The position numbers were made by a program, and so were the translations under genes. DNA of 64,000 nt, from the NCBI GenBank assembly GCA_964016885.1, contig CAXHJY010000517.1:62001-126000 (forward strand), written 5' to 3'. Positions 9,401 to 21,700 of the stretch are shown one piece after another; the first letter of the stretch is position 1, and each line of letters opens with the position of its first letter. The notes under the pieces are model-generated. The model saw only the letters and a list, made by a program, of their open reading frames with translations, was not told where the DNA came from and did no database searches. The DNA is from Eledone cirrhosa (taxonomy: Eukaryota).

Positions 9401-11500
9401 CTTTAAGGTTCAGTCATTAGACTGTTGTCTTTAAGGGTTTCAGTCATTCGACTGTTGTCTTTAAGGTTCAGTCATTAGACTGCTGTCTTTAAGGTTCAGT
9501 CATTTGACTCTTACCTTTAAGGTTCAGTCATTAGACTGTTGTCTTTAAGATTCGGTCATTAGACTGCTGTTTTTATGGTTCAGTCATTAGACTGTTGTCT
9601 TTAAGGTTCAGTCATTAGACTGTTGGCTTTAAGGTTCGGTCATTAGACTGCTGTCTTTAAGGTTCACTCATTCGACTGCTGTCTTTAAGGTTCAGTCATT
9701 AGACTGTTGGCTTTAAGGTTCAGTCATTAGACTGCTGTCTTTAAGGTTCACTCATTCGACTGCTGTCTTTAAGGTTCAGTCATTAGACTGTTGGCTTTAA
9801 GGTTCGGTCATTAGACTGCTGTCTTTAAGGTTCAGTCATTAGACTGCTGTCTTTAAGGTTCAGTCATTAGACTGCTGTCTTTAAGGTTCAGTCATTAGAC
9901 TGCTGTTTTTAAGTTTCGGTCATTAGACTGCTATCTTTAAGGTTCAGTCATTAGACTGCTGTCTTTAAGGTTCAGTCATTAGACTGCTGTCTTTAAGGTT
10001 CAGTCATTAGACTGCTGTCTTTAAGATTCAGTCATTAGACTGTTGTCTTTAAGGTTCGGTCATTAGACTGTTGTCTTTATGGTTCAGTCATTAGACTGCT
10101 GTCTTTAAGGTTCAGTCATTCGACTGTTGTCTTTAAGGTTCAGTCATTAGACTGTTGTCTTTAAGGTTCAGTCATTAGACTGTAGTCTTTATGGTTCAGT
10201 CACTAGACTGCTGTCTTTAAGGTTCAGTCATTAGACTGCTGTCTTTAAGGTTCAGTCATTAGACTGTTGTCTTTAAGATTCAGTCATTAGACTGTTGTCT
10301 TTAAGGTTCAGTCATTAGACTGTTGTCTTTATTGTTCAGTCATTAGACTGTTGTCTTTAAGGTTCAGTCATTAGACTGTTGGCTTTATGGTTCGGTCATT
10401 AGACTGTTGGCTTTATGGTTCGGTCATTAGACTGTTGTCTTTAAGGTTCAGTCATTAGACTGTAGTCTTTATGGTTCAGTCATTAGACTGCTGTCTTTAA
10501 GGTTCAGTCATTAAACTGTTGTCTTTAAGGTTCAGTCATTAGACTGTTGTCTTTAAGGTTCAGTCATTAGACTGTAGTCTTTATGGTTCAGTCATTAGAC
10601 TGCTGTCTTTAAGGTTCAGTCATTAGACTGCTGTCTTTAAGGTTCAGTCATTAGACTGCTGTCTTTAAGGTTCAGTCATTAGACTGCTGTCTTTAAGGTT
10701 CAGTCATTAGACTGCTGTCTTTAAGGTTCAGTCATTAGACTGTTGTCTTTAAGGTTCAGTCATTAGACTGCTGTCTTTAAGGTTCAGTCATTTGACTCTT
10801 ACCTTTAAGGTTCAGTCATTAGACTGTTGTCTTTAAGATTCGGTCATTAGACTGCTGTTTTTATGGTTCAGTCATTAGACTGTTGTCTTTAAGGTTCAGT
10901 CATTAGACTGTTGGCTTTAAGGTTCGGTCATTAGACTGCTGTCTTTAAGGTTCACTCATTCGACTGCTGTCTTTAAGGTTCAGTCATTAGACTGTTGGCT
11001 TTAAGGTTCAGTCATTAGACTGCTGTCTTTAAGGTTCACTCATTCGACTGCTGTCTTTAAGGTTCAGTCATTAGACTGTTGGCTTTAAGGTTCGGTCATT
11101 AGACTGCTGTCTTTAAGGTTCAGTCATTAGACTGCTGTCTTTAAGGTTCAGTCATTAGACTGCTGTCTTTAAGATTCAGTCATTAGACTGCTGTCTTTAA
11201 GTTTCGGTCATTAGACTGCTATCTTTAAGGTTCAGTCATTAGACTGCTGTCTTTAAGGTTCAGTCATTAGACTGCTGTCTTTAAGGTTCAGTCATTAGAC
11301 TGCTGTCTTTAAGATTCAGTCATTAGACTGTTGTCTTCAAGGTTCGGTCATTAGACTGTTGTCTTTATGGTTCAGTCATTAGACTGCTGTCTTTAAGGTT
11401 CAGTCATTCGACTGTTGTCTTTAAGGTTCAGTCATTAGACTGCTGTCTTTAAGATTCAGTCATTAGACTGTTGTCTTCAAGGTTCAGTCATTAGACTGTA
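6460..11500. repeat. Left satellite domain with a ~1.6-kb block repeated at offset 3,447 bp
   Basis: CTGCTATC at 6481/9928 and CATTTGACTCTTACC at 7342/10789 share the 3,447 offset. Confidence 0.8.
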
Positions 11501-14500
11501 GTCTTTATGGTTCAGTCACTAGACTGCTGTCTTTAAGGTTCAGTCATTAGACTGCTGTCTTTAAGGTTCAGTCATTAGACTGTTGTCTTTAAGATTCAGT
11601 CATTAGACTGTTGTCTTTAAGGTTCAGTCATTAGACTGTTGTCTTTATTGTTCAGTCATTAGACTGTTGTCTTTAAGGTTCAGTCATTAGACTGTTGGCT
11701 TTATGGTTCGGTCATTAGACTGTTGGCTTTATGGTTCGGTCATTAGACTGTTGTCTTTAAGGTTCAGTCATTAGACTGTAGTCTTTATGGTTCAGTCATT
11801 AGACTGCTGTCTTTAAGGTTCAGTCATTAAACTGTTGTCTTTAAGGTTCAGTCATTAGACTGTTGTCTTTAAGGTTCAGTCATTAGACTGTAGTCTTTAT
11901 GGTTCAGTCATTAGACTGCTGTCTTTAAGGTTCAGTCATTAGACTGCTGTCTTTAAGGTTCAGTCATTAGACTGCTGTCTTTAAGGTTCAGTCATTAGAC
12001 TGCTGTCTTTAAGGTTCAGTCATTAGACTGCTGTCTTTAAGGTTCAGTCATTAGACTGTTGTCTTTAAGGTTCAGTCATTAGACTGCTGTCTTTAAGGTT
12101 CAGTCATTCGACTGTTGTCTTTAAGGTTCGGTCATTAGACTGCTGTCTTTAAGGTTCAGTCATTAGACTGTTGTCTTTAAGGTTCAGTCATTAGACTGTT
12201 GTCTTTAAGGTTCAGTCATTAGACAGTTATCTTTAAGGTTCAGTCATTAGACTGTTGTCTTTACGGTTCAGTCATTAGACTGCTGTCTTTAAGGTTCAGT
12301 CATTAGACTGTTGTCTTTAAGGTTCAGTCATTAGACTGCAGTCTTTAAGGTTCAGTCATTAGACTGCTGTCTTTAAGGATCAGTCATTAGACTGTTGTCT
12401 TTAAGGGTTTCAGTCATTCGACTGCTGTCTTTAAGGTTCAGTCATTTGACTCTTACCTTTAAGGTTCAGTCATTAGACTGTTGTCTTTAAGATTTGGTCA
12501 TTAGACTGCTGTTTTTATGGTTCAGTCATTAGACTGTTGTCTTTAAGGTTCAGTCATTAGACTGTTGGCTTTAAGGTTCGGTCATTAGACTGCTGTCTTT
12601 AAGGTTCACTCATTCGACTGCTGTCTTTAAGGTTCAGTCATTAGACTGTTGGCTTTAAGGTTCAGTCATTAGACTGCTGTCTTTAAGGTTCACTCATTCG
12701 ACTGCTGTCTTTAAGGTTCAGTCATTAGACTGTTGGCTTTAAGGTTCGGTCATTAGACTGCTGTCTTTAAGGTTCAGTCATTAGACTGCTGTCTTTAAGG
12801 TTCAGTCATTAGACTGCTGTCTTTAAGGTTCAGTCATTAGACTGCTGTCTTTAAGTTTCGGTCATTAGACTGCTATCTTTAAGGTTCAGTCATTAGACTG
12901 CTGTCTTTAAGGTTCAGTCATTAGACTGCTGTCTTTAAGGTTCAGTCATTAGACTGCTGTCTTTAAGGTTCAGTCATTAGACTGCTGTCTTTAAGGTTCA
13001 CTCATTCGACTGCTGTCTTTAAGGTTCAGTCATTAGACTGATGGCTTTAAGGTTCGGTCATTAGACTGCTGTCTTTAAGGTTCAGTCATTAGACTGCTGT
13101 CTTTAAGGTTCAGTCATTAGACTACTGTCTTTAAGGTTCAGTCATTAGACTGCTGTCTTTAAGGTTCGCTCATTAGACTGCTATCTTTAAGGTTCAGTCA
13201 TTAGACTGCTGTCTTTAAGGTTCAGTCATTAGACTGCTGTCTTTAAGGTTCAGTCATTAGACTGTTGTCTTTAAGGTTCAGTCATTAGACTGTTGTCTTT
13301 ATGGTTCAGTCATTAGACTGCTGTCTTTAAGGTTCAGTCATTAGACTGTTGTCTTTAAGGTTCGGTCATTAGAATGTTGTCTTTATGGTTCAGTCATTAG
13401 ACTGCTGTCTTTAAGGTTCAGTCATTAGACTGTTGTCTTTAAGGTTCAGTCATTAGACTGTTGTCTTTATGGTTCAGTCATTAGACTGCTGTCTTTAAGG
13501 TTCAGTCATTAGACTGCTGTCTTTAAGGTTCAGTCATTAGACTGCTGTCTTTAAGGTTCAGTCATTAGACTGTTGTCTTTAAGGTTCAGTCATTAGACTG
13601 TTGTCTTTATGGTTCAGTCATTAGACTGCTGTCTTTAAGGTTCAGTCATTAGACTGCTGTCTTTAAGGTTCAGTCATTAGACTGTTGTCTTTAAGGTTCA
13701 GTCATTAGACTGTTGTCTTTATGGTTCAGTCATTCGACTGTTGTCTTTATGGTTCACTCATTAGACTGCTGTCTTTAAGGTTCAGTCATTAGACTGGTGT
13801 CTTTAAGGTTCAGTCATTAGACTGCTGTCTTTAAGGTTCAGTCATTAGACTGGTGTCTTTAAGGTTCGGTCATTAGACTGCTGTCTTTAAGGTTCAGTCA
13901 TTAGACTGCTGTATTTAAGGTTCAGTCATTCGACTGTTGTCTTTAAGGTTCGGTCATTAGACTGCTGTCTTTAAGGTTCAGTCATTAGACTGTTGTCTTT
14001 AAGGTTCAGTCATTAGACTGCTGTCTTTAAGGTTCAGTCATTAGACTGTTGTCTTTAAGGTTCAGTCATTAGACTGCTGTCTTTAAGGTTCAGTCATTAG
14101 AATGTTGTCTTTAAGGTTCAGTCATTAGACTGCTGTCTTTAAGGTTCAGTCATTAGACTGTTGTCTTTAAGGTTCAGTCATTAGACTGTTGTCTTTATGG
14201 TTCAGTCATTAGACTGCTGTCTTTAAGGTTCAGTCATTCGACTGTTGTCTTTAAGGTTCAGTCATTAGACTGCTGTCTTTAAGGTTCAGTCATTAGACTG
14301 CTGTCTTTAAGGTTCAGTCATTAGACTGCTGTCTTTAAGGTTCAGTCATTAGACTGCTGTCTTTAAGGTTTGCTCATTACACTGCTATCTTTAAGGTTCA
14401 GTCATTAGACTGCTGTCTTTAAGGTTCGGTCATTAGACCGCTGTCTTTAAGGTTCAGTCATTCGACTGTTGTCTTTAAGGTTCGGTCATTAGACTGCTGT

Positions 14501-14699
14501 CTTTAAGGTTCAGTCATTAGACTGTTGTCTTTAAGCTTCAGTCATTAGACTGTTGTCTTTAAGGTTCAGTCATTAGACTGTTGTCTTTAAGGTTCAGTCA
14601 TTAGACTGCTGTCTTTATGGTTCAGTCAATAGACTGTTGTCTTTAAGGTTTAGTCATTAGACTGCTGTCTTTAAGGTTCAGTCATTAGACTGCTGTCTT

Positions 14700-15740
14700 T
14701 AAGGTTCAGTCATTAGACTCTTACCTTTAAGGTTTAGTCATTAGACTGCTGTCTTTAAGGTTCAGTCATTAGACTCTTACCTTTAAGGTTTAGTCATTAG
14801 ACTGCTGTCTTTATGGTTCAGTCATTAGACTGCTGTCTTTAAGATTCAGTCATTAGACTCTTACCTTTAAGGTTTAGTCATTAGACTGCTGTCTTTAAGG
14901 TTCAGTCATTAGACTGCTGTCTTTAAGTTTCAGTCATTAGACTCTTACCTTTAAGGTTTAGTCATTAGACTGCTGTCTTTAAGGTTCAGTCATTAGACTC
15001 TTACCTTTAAGGTTTAGTCATTAGACTGCTGTCTTTATGGTTCAGTCATTAGACTGCTGTCTTTAAGGTTTAGTAATTAGACTGCTGTCTTTAGGGTTCA
15101 GTCATTAGACTGCTGTCTTTAAGGTTTAGTCATTAGACTGCTGTCTTTAAGGTTCAGTCATTAGACTCTTATCTTTAAGGTTTAGTCATTAGACAGCTGT
15201 CTTTATGGTTCAGTCATTAGACTGCTGTCTTTAAGGTTCAGTCATTAGACTCTTACCTTTAAGGTTTAGTCATTAGACTGCTGTCTTTAAGGTTCAGTCA
15301 TTAGACTGCTGTCTTTAAGGTTTAGTCATTAGACTGCTGTCTTTAAGGTTCAGTCATTAGACTCTTACCTTTAAGGTTTAGTCATTAGACTGCTGTCTTT
15401 ATGGTTCAGTCATTAGACTGCTGTCTTTAAGGTTCAGTCATTAGACTCTTACCTTTAAGGTTTAGTCATTAGACTGCTGTCTTTAAGGTTCAGTCATTAG
15501 ACTCTTATTTTTAAGGTTTAGTCATTAGACTGCTGTCTTTATGGTTCAGTCATTAGACTGCTGTCTTTAAGGTTCAGTCATTAGACTCTGACCTTTAAGG
15601 TTTAGTCATTAGACTGCTGTCTTTAAGGTTCAGTCATTAGACTGCTGTCTTTAAGGTTCAGTCATTAGACTCTTACCTTTAAGGTTTAGTCATTAGACTG
15701 CTGTCTTTAAGGTTCAGTCATTAGACTCTTACCTTTAAGG
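14700..15740. repeat. Sub-array enriched in the GACTCTTACC/GGTTTAG monomer variant
   Basis: About 13 copies of the variant, mostly spaced 2-4 monomers apart. Confidence 0.9.
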
Positions 15741-18700
15741 TTTAGTCATTAGACTGCTGTCTTTATGGTTCAGTCATTAGACTGCTGTCTTTAAGGTTCA
15801 GTCATTAGACTGTTGTCTTTAAGGTTCAGTCATTAGACTGCTGTCTTTATGGTTCAGTCATTAGACTGCTGTCTTTATGGTTCAGTCATTACACTGCTGT
15901 CTTTAAGGTTCAGTCATTAGACTGTTGTCTTTAAGGTTCAGTCATTAGACTGCTGTCTTTAAGGTTCACTCATTCGACTGCTGTCTTTAAGGTTCAGTCA
16001 TTAGACTGTTGTCTTTAAGGTTCAGTCATTAGACTGCTGTCCTTAAGGGTTTCAGTCATTCGACTGTTGTCTTTAAGGTTCAGTCATTAGACTGTTGTCT
16101 TTAAGGTTTAGTCATTCGACTGTTGTCTTTATGGTTCAGTCATTAGACTGCTGTCTTTAAGGTTCAGTCATTAGACTGCTGTCTTTAAGGTTTAGTCATT
16201 CGACTGTTGTCTTTATGGTTCAGTCATTAGACTGCTGTCTTTAAGGTTCAGTCATTAGACTGCTGTCTTTAAGGTTCAGTCATTAGACTGTTGTCTTTAA
16301 GGTTCAGTCATTAGACTGTTGTCTTTAAGGTTCAGTCATTAGACTGTTGTCTTTAAGGTTCAGTCATTAGACTGTTGTCTTTAAGGTTCAGTCATTAGAC
16401 TGCTGTCTTTAAGGTTCAGTCAATAGACTGTTGTCTTTAAGGTTCAGTCATTAGACTGTTGTCTTTAAGGTTCAGTCATTAGACTGCTGTCTTTATGGTT
16501 CAGTCATTAGACTGTTGTCTTTAAGGTTCAGTCATTAGACTGCTGTCTTTAAGTTTCAATCATTAGACTGCTGTCTTTAAGGTTCAGTTATTAGACTGTT
16601 GTCTTTAAGGTTCAGTCATTAGACTGTTGTCTTTAAAGTTCAGTCATTAGACTGCTGTCTTTATGGTTCAGTCATTAGACTGTTGTCTTTAAGGTTCAGT
16701 CATTAGACTGCTGTCTTTAAGGTTCAGTCATTAGACTGCTGTCTTTAAGGTTCAGTCATTAGACTGTTGTCTTTAAGGTTCAGTCATTAGACTGCTGTCT
16801 TTATGGTTCAGTCATTAGACTGTTGTCTTTAAGGTTCAGTCATTAGACTGCTGTCTTTAAGGTTCAGTCATTAGACTGCTGTCTTTAAGGTTCACTCATT
16901 CGACTGCTGTCTTTATGGTTCAGTCATTCGACTGTTGTCTTTATGGTTCAGTCATTAGACTGCTGTCTTTAAGGTTCAGTCATTAGACTTCTGTCTTTAA
17001 GGTTTAGTCATTAGACTGCTGTCTTTAAGGTTCAGTCATTAGACTGTTGTCTTTAAGGTTCAGTCATTAGACTGTTGTCTTTAAGGTTTAGTCATTAGAC
17101 TGCTGTCTTTAAGGTTCAGTCATTAGACTGTTGTCTTTAAGGTTCAGTCATTAGACTGTTGTCTTTAAGCTTCAGTCATTAGACTGTTGTCTTTAAGGTT
17201 CAGTCATTAGACTGTTGTCTTTAAGGTTCAGTCATTAGACTGTTGTCTTTAAGGTTCAGTCATTAGACTGTTGTCTTTAAGGTTCAGTCATTAGACTGCT
17301 GTCTTTAAGGTTCAGTCATTAGACTGTTGTCTTTAAGGTTCAGTCATTAGACTGTTGTCTTTAAGGTTCAGTCATTAGACTGTTGTCTCTAAGGTTCAGT
17401 CATTAGACTGCTGTCTTTATGGTTCAGTCATTAGACTGTTGTCTTTAAGGTTCAGTCATTAGACTGCTGTCTTTAAGGTTCAGTCATTAGACTGCTGTCT
17501 TTAAGGTTCAGTCATTAGACTGTTGTCTTTAAGGTTCACTCATTCGACTGCTGTCTTTAAGTTTCAGTCATTAGACTGCTGTCTTTAAGGTTGAGTCATT
17601 AGACTGCTGTCTTTAAGGTTCACTCATTAGACTGCTGTCTTTAAGGTTCGGTCATTAGACTGTTGTCTTTAAGGTTCAGTCATTAGACTGCTGTCTTTAA
17701 GGTTCAGTCATTAGACTGCTGTCTTTAAGGTTCAGTCATTAGACTGCTGTCTTTAAGGTTCAGTCATTAGACTGCTGTCTTTAAGGTTCAGTCATTAGAC
17801 TGCTGTCTTTAAGGTTTAGTCATTAGACTGCTGTCTTAATGGTTCAGTCATTCGACTGTTGTCTTTATGGTTCAGTCATTCGACTGTTGTCTTTATGGTT
17901 CAGTCATTAGACTGTTGTCTTTAAGGTTTAGTCATTAGACTGCTGTCTTTAAGGTTCAGTCATTAGACTGCTGTCTTTAAGGTTCAGTCATTAGACTGTT
18001 GTCTTTAAGGTTCAGTCATTAGACTGCTGTCTTTGGGTTTAGTCATTAGACTGCTGTCTTTAAGGTTCAGTCATTAGACTGCTGTCTTTAAGGTTCAGTC
18101 ATTAGACTGCTGTCTTTAAGGTTCAGTCATTAGACTGTTGTCTTTAAGGTTCAGTCATTAGACTGTTGTCTTTAAGGTTCAGTCAGTAGACTGCTGTCTT
18201 TATGGTTCAGTCATTAGACTGTTGTCTTTAAGGTTCAGTCATTAGACTGCTGTCTTTAAGGTTCAGTCATTAGACTGCTGTCTTTAAGGTTCACTCATTC
18301 GACTGCTGTCTTTATGGTTCAATCATTCGACCGTTGTCTTTATGGTTCAGTCATTAGACTGTTGTCTTTAAGGTTCAGTCATTAGACTTCTGTCTTTAAG
18401 GTTTAGTCATTAGACTGCTGTCTTTAAGGTTCAGTCATTAGACTGTTGTCTTTAAGGTTCAGTCATTAGACTGTTGTCTTTAAGGTTTAGTCATTAGACT
18501 GCTGTCTTTAAGGTTCAGTCATTAGACTGCTGTCTTTAAGGTTCAGTCATTAGACTGTTGTCTTTAAGGTTCAGTCATTAGACTTCTGTCTTTAAGGTTT
18601 AGTCATTAGACTGCTGTCTTTAAGGTTTAGTCATTAGACTGCTGTCTTTAAGGTTCAGTCATTAGACTGCTGTCTTTAAGGTTCAGTCATTAGACTGCTG

Positions 18701-21700
18701 TCTTTAAGGTTCGGTCATTAGACTGCTGTCTTTAAGGTTCAGTCATTAGACTGCTGTCTTTATGGTTCGGTCATTCGACTGTTGTCTTTAAGGTTCAGTC
18801 ATTAGACTGCTGTCTTTAAGGTTCAGTCATTAGACTGCTGCCTTCAAGGTTCAGTCATTAGACTGTTGTCTTTAAGGTTCAGTCATTAGACTGCTGTCTT
18901 TAAGGTTCAGCCATTAGACTGCTGCCTTCAAGGTTCAGTCATTTGACTGTTGTCTTTAAGGTTCACTAATTCGACGGCTGTCTTTAAGTTTCAGTCATTA
19001 GACTGCTGTCTTTAAGGTTCAGTCATTAGACTGTTGTCTTTAAGGTTCAGTGATTAGACTGTTGTCTTTAAGGTTCAGTCATTAGACTGTTGTCTTTAAG
19101 GTTCAGTCATTAGACTGCTGTCTTTATGGTTCAGTCATTAGACTGTTGTCTTTAATGTTCAGTCATTAGACTGCTGTCTTTAAGGTTCACTCATTCGACT
19201 GCTGTCTTTAAGTTTCAGTCATTAGACTGCTGTCTTTAAGTTTCAGTCATTAGACTTCTGTCTTTAAGGTTTAGTCATTAGACTGCTGTCTTTAAGGTTT
19301 AGTCATTAGACTGCTGTCTTTAAGGTTCAGTCATTAGACTGCTGTCTTTAAGGTTCAGTCATTAGACTGCTGTCTTTAAGGTTCGGTCATTAGACTGCTG
19401 TCTTTAAGGTTCAGTCGTTAGACTGCTGTCTTTATGGTTCGGTCATTCGACTGTTGTCTTTAAGGTTCAGTCATTAGACTGCTGTCTTTAAGGTTCAGTC
19501 ATTAGACTGCTGCCTTCAAGGTTCAGTCATTTGACTGTTGTCTTTAAGGTTCACTAATTCGACGGCTGTCTTTAAGGTTCAGTCATTAGACTGCTGTCTT
19601 TAAGGTTCACTCATTAGACCGCTGTCTTTAAGTTTCAGTCATTAGACTGCTGTTTTAAGGTTCAGTCATTAGACTGTTGTCTTTAAGGTTCAGTCATTAG
19701 ACTTCTGTCTTTAAGGTTTAGTCATTAGACTGCTGTCTTTAAGGTTTAGTCATTAGACTGCTGTCTTTAAGGTTCAGTCATTAGACTGCTGGCTTTAAGG
19801 TTCAGTCATTAGACTGCTGTCTTTAAGGTTCGGTCATTAGACTGCTGTCTTTAAGGTTCAGTCATTAGACTGCTGTCTTTATGGTTCGGTCATTCGACTG
19901 TTGTCTTTAAGGTTCAGTCATTAGACTGCTGTCTTTAAGGTTCAGTCATTAGACTGCTGCCTTCAAGGTTCAGTCATTTGACTGTTGTCTTTAAGGTTCA
20001 CTAATTCGACGGCTGTCTTTAAGTTTCAGTCATTAGACTGCTGTCTTTAAGGTTCAGTCATTAGACTGTTGTCTTTAAGGTTCAGTCATTAGACTGTTGT
20101 CTTTAAGGTTCAGTCATTAGACTGTTGGCTTTAAGGTTCAGTCATTAGACTGCTGTCTTTATGGTTCAGTCATTAGACTGTTGTCTTTAAGGTTCAGTCA
20201 TTAGACTGCTGTCTTTAAGGTTCAGTCATTAGACTGCTGTCTTTAAGGTTTAGTCATTAGACTGTTGTCTTTAAGGTTCACTCATTCGACTGCTGTCTTT
20301 AAGTTTCAGTCATTAGACTGCTGTCTTTAAGGTTCAGTCATTAGACTGCTGTCTTTAAGGTTCACTCATTAGACTGCTGTCTTTAAGGTTCGGTCATTAG
20401 ACTGTTGTCTTTAAGGTTCAGTCATTAGACTGCTGTCTTTAAGGTTCAGTCATTAGACTGCTGTCTTTAAGGTTCAGTCATTAGACTGCTGTCTTTAAGG
20501 TTCAGTCATTAGACTGCTGTCTTTAAGGTTCAGTCATTAGACTGCTGTCTTTAAGGTTTAGTCATTAGACTGCTGTCTTTATGGTTCAGTCATTCGACTG
20601 TTGTCTTTATGTTTCAGTCATTCGACTGTTGTCTTTATGGTTCAGTCATTAGATTGTTGTCTTTAAGGTTTAGTCATTAGACTGCTGTCTTTAAGGTTCA
20701 GTCATTAGACTGCTGTCTTAAAGGTTCAGTCATTAGACTGTTTTCTTTAAGGTTCAGTCATTAGACTGCTGTCTTTATGGTTCAGTCATTAGACTGTTGT
20801 CTTTAAGGTTCAGTCATTAGACTGCTGTCTTTAAGGTTCAGTCATTAGACTGCTGTCTTTAAGGTTCAGTCAATAGACTGTTGTCTTTAAGGTTCAGTCA
20901 TTAGACTGTTGTCTTTAAGGTTCAGTCAGTAGACTGCTGTCTTTATGGTTCAGTCATTAGACTGTTGTCTTTAAGGTTCAGTCATTAGACTGCTGTCTTT
21001 AAGGTTCAGTCATTAGACTGCTGTCTTTAAGGTTCACTCATTCGACTGCTGTCTTTATGGTTCAGTCATTCGACTGTTGTCTTTATGGTTCAGTCATTAG
21101 ACTGTTGTCTTTAAGGTTCAGTCATTAGACTTCTGTCTTTAAGGTTTAGTCATTAGACTGCTGTCTTTAAGGTTCAGTCATTAGACTGTTGTCTTTAAGG
21201 TTCAGTCATTAGACTGCTGTCTTTAAGGTTCGGTCATTAGACTGCTGTCTTTAAGGTTCAGTCATTAGACTGCTGTCTTTATGGTTCGGTCATTCGACTG
21301 TTGTCTTTAAGGTTCAGTCATTAGACTGCTGTCTTTAAGGTTCAGTCATTAGACTGCTGCCTTCAAGGTTCAGTCATTTGACTGTTGTCTTTAAGGTTCA
21401 CTAATTCGACGGCTGTCTTTAAGGTTCAGTCATTAGACTGCTGTCTTTAAGGTTCAGTCATTAGACTGTTGTCTTTAAGGTTCAGTCATTAGACTGCTGT
21501 CTTTAAGGTTCGGTCATTAGACTGCTGTCTTTAAGGTTCAGTCATTAGACTGCTGTCTTTATGGTTCGGTCATTCGACTGTTGTCTTTAAGGTTCAGTCA
21601 TTAGACTGTTGTCTTTAAGGTTCAGTCATTAGACTTCTGTCTTTAAGGTTTAGTCATTAGACTGCTGTCTTTAAGGTTTAGTCATTAGACTGCTGTCTTT

